A stretch of DNA of 60,652 nucleotides from a virus (taxonomy: Duplodnaviria > Caudoviricetes): positions 1 through 60,652 of the IMG/VR virus record IMGVR_UViG_3300044630_001263; one strand, given 5' to 3'. The position numbers and the translations under genes are program-made. Positions 36,369 to 45,778 of the stretch are shown one piece after another. A model generated the notes under the pieces. That model did not search any database. It saw only the letters and a program-made list of their open reading frames with translations, and had not been told where the DNA came from. The first letter of the stretch is position 1. Each line of letters starts with the position of its first letter.

Positions 36369-37973
36369 TTATTCAAAGTCAACAAAAGTAGTTTGCATTA
36401 AGCGACCAGTATCACTGTCGTATTTAGTATTACCACAGTCACCAGTCATACCCGTGAATCGAGACTTCAATACACGAAGCTTAATTGTGTTACGCATCTG
36501 TTCTGTCTCAGCAATCATGTTGCGAGCAAAAGCAATGATGTCGAATGAGATTTGTTTAATAGAGCCTGAGCCTTTGATGTCATCAATAGATGGCAAGTGA
36601 CCCTCTTCAAAGGGTTTTTCACCCTTACGCAAGTGAGACACAACACCTAACCAGACATTATGTTTCTTACAGATCTTAAGTAAGTCACTCATGACTGAGT
36701 CAACTGCTTCATTACCTGTACGACCCTTAGCACCCTCAGACACAGCAATAGTGATGTGGTCAAGGATGATATACTTACAACCCATCAGGGCTAAGTGTTC
36801 GAGTTTGTCTATAAGAGACTCATCTCCTACAGAGCCTTGGTGATCAAGCAGTACTAAGCGTTCATCACCGAACACCTGTTGGTGAGCAGCATACATATCT
36901 TCTTCTGTTACTTGATGTGTCAGAAGGTTCTTACGTAACTGCATACCAATAAACTTCTCAGCAGAGTCACCAATAGATTCTTCGAGTGACACCATACCGA
37001 TCATATCAGTTGTTTTAGCTAGGATTTCAAGTACAATTTCTTTAATGACTGTACTTTTACCTGAGCCTGTACCTGAGGTGAACAATACAATCTCACCTAA
37101 GCGCATACCATGTAGCTTGTCGTTGAGGGTCTTTAAACATTCAGGATAAGGAAGAGAGGTAGTTTCTTTCTTACGTTTGAATTGTTCCCAGATAGCTTCA
37201 CCTTTAACAACACCTGCTGGACTGAATGTACGTGCATCAAATATACAGTTCATTAGTACTGCTGAACCATGTTTGATTAACACATCACATGGATCTTTCT
37301 CAGGTAAAGAGGCTACCTTTACTTTATCATAGCCGATAATCTTAGCGGCTTGATCAGTAGCTTTCTTACCGACCTCATCTTGGTCAAGCATCAATACTAC
37401 TTCATCGAAGTTACGTAGCCATTCACGTTGTTCAAGGATCATTGATATGGCAGATGCCGATGGCAGGGCTACTACTGGGTAAAACCTACCATACTTATCA
37501 TGTTGAGCTTGAGCAACAGCAAGTGCGTCTAGCTCTCCTTCCGTGATGATAATGCGTTTACCACCCGTTGATACATTCTGACCGAAGAGTTGTACACCCT
37601 TGAAGTCACCGTGAATAAGAAATGTTTTAGGGAGCTTACGCTCTTTGTAAGCAACGATACCGTTGTCTTTAGTATAAGGGTAAAAGTGGCTACTAATAGT
37701 GCCATCCTCAGCATAGGAAACTTTAACCCCGTAATGAGCCGATACTGGTTTGGTGATTCCTCTTTCTTGAAAGCCTCGTGTGTCATACTCTTTAATCTCC
37801 TCTAGTGTGTGCATATCGTAATTTTGTTTGTGGTAAACAGTTGGTTTAAAGTTGGGGTCTGTTGGTGCTGACTTGCAGCAAGAAAAGCAATAGCCGAATT
37901 CATCATTCTCTTTATATGAAAAAGCATCTGATGAGTCGCACTTAGGACAAGCGGTATGAATCCATCTTGACAT
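36369..37973 (-). CDS. Primase-helicase (T7 gp4-like)
   Basis: N-terminal CPKC...CFSC zinc finger, TOPRIM EGELD and DQD, Walker A GTGSGKS, ILDHI, KGSGSIKQ and KSRFTG. Confidence 0.95.
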   Translation of the reverse strand: MSRWIHTACPKCDSSDAFSYKENDEFGYCFSCCKSAPTDPNFKPTVYHKQNYDMHTLEEIKEYDTRGFQERGITKPVSAHYGVKVSYAEDGTISSHFYPYTKDNGIVAYKERKLPKTFLIHGDFKGVQLFGQNVSTGGKRIIITEGELDALAVAQAQHDKYGRFYPVVALPSASAISMILEQREWLRNFDEVVLMLDQDEVGKKATDQAAKIIGYDKVKVASLPEKDPCDVLIKHGSAVLMNCIFDARTFSPAGVVKGEAIWEQFKRKKETTSLPYPECLKTLNDKLHGMRLGEIVLFTSGTGSGKSTVIKEIVLEILAKTTDMIGMVSLEESIGDSAEKFIGMQLRKNLLTHQVTEEDMYAAHQQVFGDERLVLLDHQGSVGDESLIDKLEHLALMGCKYIILDHITIAVSEGAKGRTGNEAVDSVMSDLLKICKKHNVWLGVVSHLRKGEKPFEEGHLPSIDDIKGSGSIKQISFDIIAFARNMIAETEQMRNTIKLRVLKSRFTGMTGDCGNTKYDSDTGRLMQTTFVDFE

Positions 37974-37976
37974 ATA

Positions 37977-38135
37977 TTAGTTCCAGTCTCGGTCTTCTAG
38001 GTACTCTCTGATACGTTGTCTACGATCTTTAGCTTCTTGTTGAGTTTCTTTCTTACGTTTGAATTGAGTTTTGAATTCATCTTTGAGTGATGGGATTTCT
38101 TTCTCAAGGGGTTTGATAGGTTTATTCTTCTTCAT
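37977..38135 (-). CDS. Small basic protein (52 aa; not in ORF track)
   Basis: MKKNKPIKPLEKEIPSLKDEFKTQFKRKKETQQEAKDRRQRIREYLEDRDWN fills the gap exactly, with an ATGA overlap. Confidence 0.6.
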   Translation of the reverse strand: MKKNKPIKPLEKEIPSLKDEFKTQFKRKKETQQEAKDRRQRIREYLEDRDWN

Positions 38136-38548
38136 GATTTAGGTTTTAAAAACTTTACAGCTCCGATGTTACCGTTGTACCAGAGACGCTCTCCGTTAGG
38201 AAGTTCATCTCTTGACAGAACCTCACATGCCCATTGCTCTTGTACTTCGCGATATGTAAGCATTCCTTTTCCGAATACCCAGTCGTAGATAACAAAAGTA
38301 AATGCCTCAAGTCCATAGCAGTCAATATCATCAAGGAGTTCTCGACAGGAGGATGTGTAAGATCTCCAATCAGACTCTCTTCGAGTCTTAACTCTGCGCT
38401 TTGCTCCTGTAGGTAGTCTAGATGTTTCACTTATGAGTTGCTTTCTTCCGATGTATTGTCTTCCAGTTGGTCCGAAAACGGCATAGATGAATCCGAAGGC
38501 GTTGGCTGGTCGCTCTGTGAGGGCAATCCAGTGTCCGTAGTCTTCCAT
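38132..38548 (-). CDS. GIY-YIG family endonuclease (T4 endonuclease II-like)
   Basis: GFIY...YIGRKQ...ESDWRSYTSS...E...YNGNI. Confidence 0.75.
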   Translation of the reverse strand: MEDYGHWIALTERPANAFGFIYAVFGPTGRQYIGRKQLISETSRLPTGAKRRVKTRRESDWRSYTSSCRELLDDIDCYGLEAFTFVIYDWVFGKGMLTYREVQEQWACEVLSRDELPNGERLWYNGNIGAVKFLKPKS

Positions 38549-39279
38549 GATAGGCGTTCCTTTAGTTCTTCAAATGATAGTGGCTTAAGGTCTTCATCAG
38601 TCTCTCTAATGTAAATGCAGTTAGCACATTTCAAAAAGAAAGGTTCCCAATTATCACCACATTTTTCTTTCCAGATGTCAATAACCCTTGACCACAAGAG
38701 GTTATTAGGTACACCATTAATAAGCTTTTCAGCTGTCTTAGGTCCAACACCACGTAGTCCTTGGATATTATCTGTAGCATCTCCTGTGAGGATCTGCATC
38801 ATAAGGAATCTATAACCGTCTTCTGGTTCAACGTAATACATTGTATCCTTACGGAAGTTATAGTGCCATCCAGGAATACAGTCTAAGTCTTTATCAATGT
38901 GGCATACAACATAACGTTTACCTTCATTGAGAGCAAGTTCTGCAGCAATACCGCAGTAGTCGTCTGCCTCACCACCGTCTGACTGTATACTAAAGTCCTT
39001 AGCATACTCGTAGAGATCTTCAATACGATCTTTAACCTCAGGTTCAATGGTGTCTTTACGATTACCTTTATATGCGGCATCTACCTCATACCTGAAGTTA
39101 TCTTTACCTTTAATAAACACTGCACCATGAATAGATCCAGTGTTAGTCATAATCTCTTTCATCTTATCGTCAAGAGCCTTACGACATAACGCTGGAGACG
39201 GTTGCATGTAAGCAATCTGATATAAGATACTATCAGCATCAATGATTGCTACATCGAATTGATCTTCTGATTCAATCAT
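38431..39279 (-). CDS. 5'-3' exonuclease (T7 gp6-like)
   Basis: IDAD, NFR...YKGNR, EADD, DKD and GD-TDNI-GL-GVGPKTA motifs. Confidence 0.9.
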   Translation of the reverse strand: MIESEDQFDVAIIDADSILYQIAYMQPSPALCRKALDDKMKEIMTNTGSIHGAVFIKGKDNFRYEVDAAYKGNRKDTIEPEVKDRIEDLYEYAKDFSIQSDGGEADDYCGIAAELALNEGKRYVVCHIDKDLDCIPGWHYNFRKDTMYYVEPEDGYRFLMMQILTGDATDNIQGLRGVGPKTAEKLINGVPNNLLWSRVIDIWKEKCGDNWEPFFLKCANCIYIRETDEDLKPLSFEELKERLSWKTTDTGLPSQSDQPTPSDSSMPFSDQLEDNTSEESNS

Positions 39280-41126
39280 TAGTGTACCTCTGCATATGTT
39301 TTACCTGTATGTGCGTCACCACCCATGCACTCTATACCAAACCACTTAGGTGCTTCGGTGAATGCTTCGATAGATAACTCTGCTACTTCTTCTGCATACT
39401 CATCTTTAGTTACAACAGCAACCTCATCATGATAATGTAGAGCAAAGTAGTGTGGGATGTTACGTTCTTTTAGTTTGTCTCTGAGATATACCGCTGCAGC
39501 CTTGCAGCTGACACCTTCAGCAGTCTGTAATAGGTAGTTAAGTACTTGATGCTGAGAGCTGACAAAGACCATACGACCATCAATACCTCTGATGAAGGCT
39601 TTATCCTTACCAAATGTATTAGATGTCTTATCGAATAGACTTGATAGGTTATCCTTAAGTTCTTTTAATCCGGGGATTGAGTTTTCAAACTTTTCTTTAG
39701 CAGTCTTACCCGTCTTTGCATCTGTTTTTCCCGTAAGAATGAGACCAAGCTTACCATCACCACCCCCAAACAGAAAAGCATAAAGAAAAGGCTTAGCAAG
39801 CTTACGACTAGTTCCCAGAGCATCCGCATTTCGTTGATGGACATCCCCATTGATTACCTCATTAGTAAAATCATCGTTCCGTATATAATGACAAAGACCA
39901 CGCATCTGATTTCCAGCTGAGTCAGCACCGATAATGGTAGTTCCTGGCTCACATACAAGTAGTCCTCGCATTTCTTTCCCATAAACGGAGTCAACACTAG
40001 GGAGATTAGCAACAACTTCGTGTCTACATCTAAAGGTAGGAGTGCCAATAGTCCACATACGACCATGTAAACGATTGTCCTTACTGTTACGTACTTCATT
40101 GATCCATCCTTCTAAGATACCTTTTCTAGAGCGTATAGTATAGTAGTCAGACACAAGCATTGCATCAGCACCAAGCTTAGCCAAAGAACTTTCAGTGATC
40201 TTCGGAGACTTGTTAACGAATTTTCCATTGATTTTCTCCACATTCCATTCATCAGGTACCCATCCAATAGAGTACAACCAGTCTTTTACTACTTCGATTG
40301 ATCCGACTTTTCCTTGTTCAAAGGAGATTCTGCAGTACGGTCCTTCAATAGGTCGAGTAGTTCTTCCCGACTCTTGTGGTAAATCAAAGTGTTTAACTGT
40401 TGCGACTGTATAGCATCCGTCTTTACGCCAAGCGGGTTCTTTGTATTCGTCTTTTCCATCTGTCTTAATACACCTCATTCCGATCTTGGGTTCAAGTACA
40501 GCCTCAATAGCATCTAACTTGTTGTTGATCTCTGTAAGAAGTGTCTGAGCCTTAGCCATATCAAACATCCAGCCTTTAGCTCGGATATCAGCTTCGATCT
40601 TAGCAAACTCTGTTTCAACCTCGATACCCTTCTTGTAGAGAGGGTACTTACGAATCAAGTTAGTAGCTTCTTCAGCTAATACCTTGTATACCTTAACATT
40701 CAGCTGAACATCTCGGATACAGTATGTAAGCATTTCTTTACTGTAGCTGTTGAACTCAGTGAAGTCAAGCTTAGGGTAGTTTAGTTTAGCACCCCACCCC
40801 TCAAGACCATGTTTATGCTCACGCTTATACTGGTTTAGTTGGGATAGAATCCATGTGTCCACTACCTTAACTGTCTCAGGTAGTTTGAATCCAAGGATAT
40901 AGTCTAGTACTACTAGGTCATAGCCAATAATGTTATGACCAAAGACAATATCAGCCTTGGATATGAAGTCAAGACCTTCAGACAAGCTTGGTAGCTCATC
41001 GTCATAGTCTGAGAATGAGTAAACATTCCCGTTGTCTGAATCAACAGCAACAAGACACCAGATCTTATTTACATCTGGAATAAAACCATTGGTCTCAATG
41101 TCTACACATAGCCTTAATTTACTCAT
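39279..41126 (-). CDS. polA: Family A DNA polymerase with 3'-5' exonuclease (T7-like)
   Basis: DIET, HNIIGYD and YCIRD exonuclease motifs; GADSAGNQMR (A), RKLAKPFLYAFLFG (B), LNYLLQ and YHDE (C). Confidence 0.93.
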   Translation of the reverse strand: MSKLRLCVDIETNGFIPDVNKIWCLVAVDSDNGNVYSFSDYDDELPSLSEGLDFISKADIVFGHNIIGYDLVVLDYILGFKLPETVKVVDTWILSQLNQYKREHKHGLEGWGAKLNYPKLDFTEFNSYSKEMLTYCIRDVQLNVKVYKVLAEEATNLIRKYPLYKKGIEVETEFAKIEADIRAKGWMFDMAKAQTLLTEINNKLDAIEAVLEPKIGMRCIKTDGKDEYKEPAWRKDGCYTVATVKHFDLPQESGRTTRPIEGPYCRISFEQGKVGSIEVVKDWLYSIGWVPDEWNVEKINGKFVNKSPKITESSLAKLGADAMLVSDYYTIRSRKGILEGWINEVRNSKDNRLHGRMWTIGTPTFRCRHEVVANLPSVDSVYGKEMRGLLVCEPGTTIIGADSAGNQMRGLCHYIRNDDFTNEVINGDVHQRNADALGTSRKLAKPFLYAFLFGGGDGKLGLILTGKTDAKTGKTAKEKFENSIPGLKELKDNLSSLFDKTSNTFGKDKAFIRGIDGRMVFVSSQHQVLNYLLQTAEGVSCKAAAVYLRDKLKERNIPHYFALHYHDEVAVVTKDEYAEEVAELSIEAFTEAPKWFGIECMGGDAHTGKTYAEVH

Positions 41127-41617
41127 GTGAGAATATCTCCGTAGAAGGATGTGTATGGAGCCTCAAGCATTCGAGCCTCCATTTCTGAAGGGTCGAAGAA
41201 ATATTTTTCTCTTGAGTCTTTCTTATCGTAGTTTAACTTATGGAACTTAGGTATCTTACGATTACATAGATACTGACAGGCATGTACGAACTCATGGCAA
41301 AGAATGTTAATAAATTTATCCATGACATAGTGGCTTGTTCCCCAATCGTTAAGCATAGGATCTCTTAGCTGAATAAGAATACGATTTTCAGTATCGTTAT
41401 AGGTTGTTAAGCCTTGTTCATTACTGTTTTCTTCATACTCAACTAAGCAAATGTGTACTACAAACTTTTTATCTGTAATAGGTACTTTAAATCGTTTGCT
41501 GTAGTCATTAAGGCAATCAAAGAACACCTGCCTTACTTCATTCTCAGCATCAGGTAGACATGCTACCGTTACACGAATGTTTTTAGGGCGTTCATAGTCC
41601 CTCTTTTTCTTTGTCAT
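41123..41617 (-). CDS. Putative zincin metallopeptidase-like protein
   Basis: LCHEFVHACQ (HExxH) followed by P-E-EA. Confidence 0.65.
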   Translation of the reverse strand: MTKKKRDYERPKNIRVTVACLPDAENEVRQVFFDCLNDYSKRFKVPITDKKFVVHICLVEYEENSNEQGLTTYNDTENRILIQLRDPMLNDWGTSHYVMDKFINILCHEFVHACQYLCNRKIPKFHKLNYDKKDSREKYFFDPSEMEARMLEAPYTSFYGDILT

Positions 41618-41831
41618 GTAAGACCTTTACGTTAGGTGAGCCAAGCTCTTGAAGTTCTTTAGCCATCTCCATGACCATCTCCAAGAAATTATCTACTTGC
41701 TCGTTAAGTCCTTGGATAATTGTATGGAGGTGCCAGTTGTATGCACCTAAAGCTAGTACCGTGAACACCAGTATTGCTGTTGTTTCAGTCATTATTGTAT
41801 AGTCCTGTGTTGATAAGCAACATTGGGTCAA
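41592..41831 (-). CDS. Small membrane-anchored protein
   Basis: Hydrophobic N-terminal helix; true start probably the internal MTETT. Confidence 0.55.
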   Translation of the reverse strand: MTQCCLSTQDYTIMTETTAILVFTVLALGAYNWHLHTIIQGLNEQVDNFLEMVMEMAKELQELGSPNVKVLHDKEKEGL

Positions 41832-42246
41832 TGAATGCTTCGTGAAGTTGTGTATTGTTTACAATAACACCGTGACCCTTTAAGAACTCAAGTCCTCTAG
41901 AGCATTTATAATTATCTCTAAAAACCAATCGATGAATCCCGACAGCATAGATAAGCTTAGCGCAATCAATACAAGGGGAAAGAGTGCTATACAGAGTAGC
42001 ACCCATAGTAGACTGGTTAGAACGGGAAACCTTGGCAATCGCTTGAGCTTCTGCATGGAGAACCTCGTGTACTTGGGTATCATTGTTTGTTCCTATTGGC
42101 GTACCATTGTATGAGAATGAAATGATGTTACCATCTTTTACAATGATAGCACCTACCTTACGGTCCTCTGCGTATGACTGCTGAGAGATCAGGTTAGCAA
42201 TACGCATATAGAATAAATCCCAATCACTTTGTGATTTCAAGTTCAA
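41785..42246 (-). CDS. dCMP deaminase
   Basis: KVGAII, YNG-P-G, HAE and SPCIDCAK zinc-deaminase motifs. Confidence 0.88.
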   Translation of the reverse strand: MNLKSQSDWDLFYMRIANLISQQSYAEDRKVGAIIVKDGNIISFSYNGTPIGTNNDTQVHEVLHAEAQAIAKVSRSNQSTMGATLYSTLSPCIDCAKLIYAVGIHRLVFRDNYKCSRGLEFLKGHGVIVNNTQLHEAFIDPMLLINTGLYNND

Positions 42247-42385
42247 TCTCCTTGTCGTAGTCAGACTCGAGTTCAGCTATGCTATCCAGAATGTAGTCAA
42301 GCTTGTATTCAAGTTCATCTGTTAGTGGAACAAAGAAGTCAATAGTAACTCGTACTACACCTTCCTGTGATGTATCAATTAACAT
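42224..42385 (-). CDS. Small acidic hypothetical protein (53 aa; not in track)
   Basis: MLIDTSQEGVVRVTIDFFVPL... fills the gap between neighbours. Confidence 0.5.
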   Translation of the reverse strand: MLIDTSQEGVVRVTIDFFVPLTDELEYKLDYILDSIAELESDYDKEIELEITK

Positions 42386-42653
42386 AATAAGCCTTCCATT
42401 TTAACCATGTATTAGCTTTTTGATTATAAGCTTCCATAATGTTGTCTTCACTTAAATCAAGGTCATCTATTAAGTGATTAAGACAGAACATTAACTGACC
42501 CATTTCTTCCTCAAGTTTATCTCGGTTACTATCTTTACCAGTAGCTGGGTAGACAGTATCAAGACCAAATCTGAGTACCTTCATAATGTTCTGAGAGACC
42601 TCATTACATTCTTCAGCTGTTGTATACATTGTATACGCATTATCTCTGTTCAT
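42375..42653 (-). CDS. MazG-like NTP pyrophosphohydrolase
   Basis: EECNEV...K-LRFG...LEEEMGQL acidic helix pattern; Q replaces the usual D. Confidence 0.6.
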   Translation of the reverse strand: MNRDNAYTMYTTAEECNEVSQNIMKVLRFGLDTVYPATGKDSNRDKLEEEMGQLMFCLNHLIDDLDLSEDNIMEAYNQKANTWLKWKAYYVN

Positions 42654-42655
42654 GT

Positions 42656-43111
42656 TTATTCCTTAATGCTGTGTGCGGCTTCGATGGCTCGGGCAAATGC
42701 CAAATCAAATTCATAGGTGGGCGGTGACTTGTGCCATTTCATGCGCTCACGGTCAAGAATCTTTGCAATTTCATGGTCTCTCAAAGGCTTGCGCTGTGGT
42801 GGGGTGGTGTCATGCGATGTTTGGTCAAGCATTACAGTACGAGCTAATGCCTCGCAAGTTGGGCATGGCTTTGGCTCTTTGTATAGGGCAGTCCATCGGT
42901 CAGGATGGCGCTCTAAGTCTGCTGGTCGCTTCCCTATTGAGATGCCGCCCTCAATAAAGTTGTGTATCCACGCCACAGGCTTCTGCTCTGGCTGTGCCGA
43001 GGCTTCTTTGATGGCTTTTATGGCGGTGATGGCTTGCAATTGTTTTTGTTGCGGATACATAGATGTTTCCAAGGCATCTAGCGCCAGATTCAATGCTTCG
43101 TCTTTAGTCAT
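42656..43111 (-). CDS. Hypothetical mosaic accessory protein
   Basis: AQPEQKPVAW...PPQRKPL...FARAIEAAH modules; visibly more GC-rich than its neighbours. Confidence 0.7.
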   Translation of the reverse strand: MTKDEALNLALDALETSMYPQQKQLQAITAIKAIKEASAQPEQKPVAWIHNFIEGGISIGKRPADLERHPDRWTALYKEPKPCPTCEALARTVMLDQTSHDTTPPQRKPLRDHEIAKILDRERMKWHKSPPTYEFDLAFARAIEAAHSIKE

Positions 43112-43313
43112 TGATTTCCTCCGCTTCTACTACATAAAACATTTCACCGTTATAGTGATCTAAGAAGTCCTCTCTCACAAGTTCATGAATGATAGTATCA
43201 ATATCAGCCATTGTTTCTTCCTCGTAGTTGATTTCAAAACAGCAAGTTACAACATATCTTTTCATAGGTTCTCCGTGTGTATCTATAAGGTACCGTCTGT
43301 GGTTGCCTTGATT

Positions 43314-43517
43314 TTAATCAAGTTTTTCAATGCTATAGTAGTTATGTACTCTTTTCATTGCATCTCTCAGCAAATGAACTTGAACGATATTCTCATAAGG
43401 CTCAAGACTAAACATGCTTTCGTAGAATCGTTCATCATGAAGGCACTTATAGTACTTCTTTAAGCTAGCACATACGATAGTTTCCTCAATCTCACCATCA
43501 ATTTCAACTGTTACCAT
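43314..43517 (-). CDS. Hypothetical protein
   Basis: Packed ORF on the coding strand. Confidence 0.55.
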   Translation of the reverse strand: MVTVEIDGEIEETIVCASLKKYYKCLHDERFYESMFSLEPYENIVQVHLLRDAMKRVHNYYSIEKLD

Positions 43518-43768
43518 TGTTCAGCCTCCAGTGGATCAATATAACCGAACTTAATCAGTGTATCTTTAACTTCGAAGGGTAACTCATATACACCATCGTA
43601 GTCAATCAGGAACATTCCACGATCAAACCATAGACCTCCACCTGACTCGTCACCCATTTCTCTATGTTCAAACCAACCATAGTTAGTGCTTGGGCTTAAC
43701 TGGATCTCATAGTTTTGTCCACCAAGTTTAATAGTGAAATCATGTTTAACAGCGTTTGATTTTGCCAT
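43511..43768 (-). CDS. Hypothetical protein
   Basis: 85 aa; GGLWF...DYDGV-ELP motif. Confidence 0.65.
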   Translation of the reverse strand: MAKSNAVKHDFTIKLGGQNYEIQLSPSTNYGWFEHREMGDESGGGLWFDRGMFLIDYDGVYELPFEVKDTLIKFGYIDPLEAEQW

Positions 43769-44382
43769 CAGTTTTCCTTGTTAAGGTTGTTTGAAAGGTT
43801 GTAGTACAGAGGACTCATACGAGTCTTTAACTGCAGAAGCATGATAGTTTCTAGTTCCAGCATTTCTTGATCAGAGCCATATGCTAGTACTGTCCTGATA
43901 AACCTTGATGGGCATTCATTATACTCAGCCATAAAGCTTTCAGATGAACATACATACCCGTCATCAGGTTTACCTCGATGTTTACCGATGTACTTCTTAT
44001 CGGTATCTTTATTAACCCACATGTACAGGAAGGATTCACCCTCTTGTTTATAGGCTTCACTATCATCAGCTAAGTAGACAGTCTCTTGGGGAGTACCATC
44101 AATGTGATTCTGCCAGATCTCTTTTACATAGGCTACCATAGGATCACCTTTAGGGGCTTTCCAGAAGACTACAAAAGATGGCTGTCCTTCGTTGGCGCAT
44201 AAGTGTTCATAGACCCATTTGTTATGGAGACCATTATACTCTTTACCTTCAATGGATACTTTAACCATAGCTTTGCCAGTACTAGAAGTATAAGTATCAA
44301 CTTCATCTACAGTACATTCATAGATGTCGAAGAACTTAATACTTCCAGCGACAAAACGTTTGACCGTTTTGATGTGGTTCAT
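43768..44382 (-). CDS. Two-domain protein with C-terminal GIY-YIG-like (Seg-like) domain
   Basis: FLYMW-N----KKYIGKH-G---DGY-CSS...E...YYNLS. Confidence 0.6.
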   Translation of the reverse strand: MNHIKTVKRFVAGSIKFFDIYECTVDEVDTYTSSTGKAMVKVSIEGKEYNGLHNKWVYEHLCANEGQPSFVVFWKAPKGDPMVAYVKEIWQNHIDGTPQETVYLADDSEAYKQEGESFLYMWVNKDTDKKYIGKHRGKPDDGYVCSSESFMAEYNECPSRFIRTVLAYGSDQEMLELETIMLLQLKTRMSPLYYNLSNNLNKEN

Positions 44383-44867
44383 CAGAGAACTTTACCTTCA
44401 GTTTTGAACTTGATTAGTGCTTGTAGATACCACAGAGCTTTGTTTAACTCTTGGACTTCTTGGTCTTTATTACCACAGCGCATCAGGTATTTATACACTT
44501 GACCAAACAAGTGAGCTTCAACACCTGACTTACCTGCAAGCATATCTACCATGAGTTCCATGTATTGTTTACCTGCAGCTACATTCTTGTAGTGTGGAGG
44601 ATTGATGTGGTCTTTGTATAGAGATTGTTTTACCAAGTCTTTAAACTCCTGTGTTTGGAATGTTGGTTTTTCATTAGCATCAATTTCTTTGTTATACTCT
44701 TTACCGAACACTTCAGACCAACCTTTGTTGATTTCTTTACGTTCTTTGTTAAGGTATTGACGAGCTTTGATGTCGAAGAAGTCTTCATTATCCCATGATG
44801 CAAGGATTTTGTTGGCTTTATCTGCAAGGCTGTAGTCTTCAGGCATAGCTTCTTTAGTGTGGCTCAT
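44382..44867 (-). CDS. DUF3310 / T7 gp1.7-like protein
   Basis: DHINPPHY...YKYLMRCGNK...ELNKALWYL. Confidence 0.75.
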   Translation of the reverse strand: MSHTKEAMPEDYSLADKANKILASWDNEDFFDIKARQYLNKERKEINKGWSEVFGKEYNKEIDANEKPTFQTQEFKDLVKQSLYKDHINPPHYKNVAAGKQYMELMVDMLAGKSGVEAHLFGQVYKYLMRCGNKDQEVQELNKALWYLQALIKFKTEGKVL

Positions 44868-45109
44868 CAGTATACATCTCCGTTTTGAATGATTTTATTA
44901 TCTTCATAAGGGGCGGCAACCCTACGATAAAACTCAAGTTTAGCTCCTTCAAGTGCGCCAACAACATCGTTGACAGATTGATAAGATGGACTCTTGTTGT
45001 AGTAGTCACGAATGAATGTCGTGATAAGGAAGTTTAATTCACCTGCACAGTGTGGCTCATACTTGAGCATGTGTTCAGATTGACGGGCTTCTTCAGTGAT
45101 ATAGGGCAT
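44867..45109 (-). CDS. Conserved-looking hypothetical protein
   Basis: MPYI...GELNF-IT...GALEGAKLEFYRR--APYED-KI--NGDVY. Confidence 0.7.
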   Translation of the reverse strand: MPYITEEARQSEHMLKYEPHCAGELNFLITTFIRDYYNKSPSYQSVNDVVGALEGAKLEFYRRVAAPYEDNKIIQNGDVY

Positions 45110-45224
45110 ATTTATTTGTAGTTGTTAAAACGACTTTGGTTATCTTTACGGTTTAGTATTGGTTCTACAGCACCGTAAAGCATGGCTAATAGGGTTACAA
45201 CACCCCAGATTGTTGCTATCACAA

Positions 45225-45632
45225 TCATAAGTACTCCGAGAGAATAGTGTCACAAGCTTTATCTACAGAAGACCTCCATTCAGTTACAAGTGATTCAAAG
45301 AAAGGGTGGATTGTTGCGTCACTTGATTTAAATGCTACAACAGGGATTTTCAATACATAAGCAGCATAGAACACTTCCATAGCAGTACCGTGTTTAGGTA
45401 CAAGTGGGTTGTCTAGGTTAGCTAAGATTAAGTCAGACTCACGAATGTCACGGAGATCTAACTCAAAGATACGCTTCATGTATCGTTTCTCAAATGCATG
45501 AAGACGTCTGCATGGATTAAGTAGCTTACAGGTAGGAGCTAACAGGTGTGTTGCTGTGGAGCGCCAACCTTTAGCCTCTTCTGTTGATACATGTTCCATT
45601 GGACCTGCTAAGTATACTGTTCTTTGTCTCAT
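45225..45632 (-). CDS. Nucleoside 2-deoxyribosyltransferase-like protein
   Basis: VYLAGPM, WR, LNP, DL--I--SD and GTAMEV-YA---IPV motifs. Confidence 0.8.
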   Translation of the reverse strand: MRQRTVYLAGPMEHVSTEEAKGWRSTATHLLAPTCKLLNPCRRLHAFEKRYMKRIFELDLRDIRESDLILANLDNPLVPKHGTAMEVFYAAYVLKIPVVAFKSSDATIHPFFESLVTEWRSSVDKACDTILSEYL

Positions 45633-45778
45633 TTGGTTACTGTTTCTAAGTATAAACCTACATTACCGATAGCATAGCCTAAGAATGCAATGCTTAGACC
45701 TGTACTTCCTTTGAAGAATAAGTCTACGCATACTGCTAGATATACTAAACCAATGATTGCTATTAGTGTTGAACTCAT
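45629..45778 (-). CDS. Small two-TM protein (49 aa; not in track)
   Basis: MSSTLIAIIGLVYLAVCVDLFFKGSTGLSIAFLGYAIGNVGLY...; ATGA overlaps at both ends. Confidence 0.6.
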   Translation of the reverse strand: MSSTLIAIIGLVYLAVCVDLFFKGSTGLSIAFLGYAIGNVGLYLETVTK

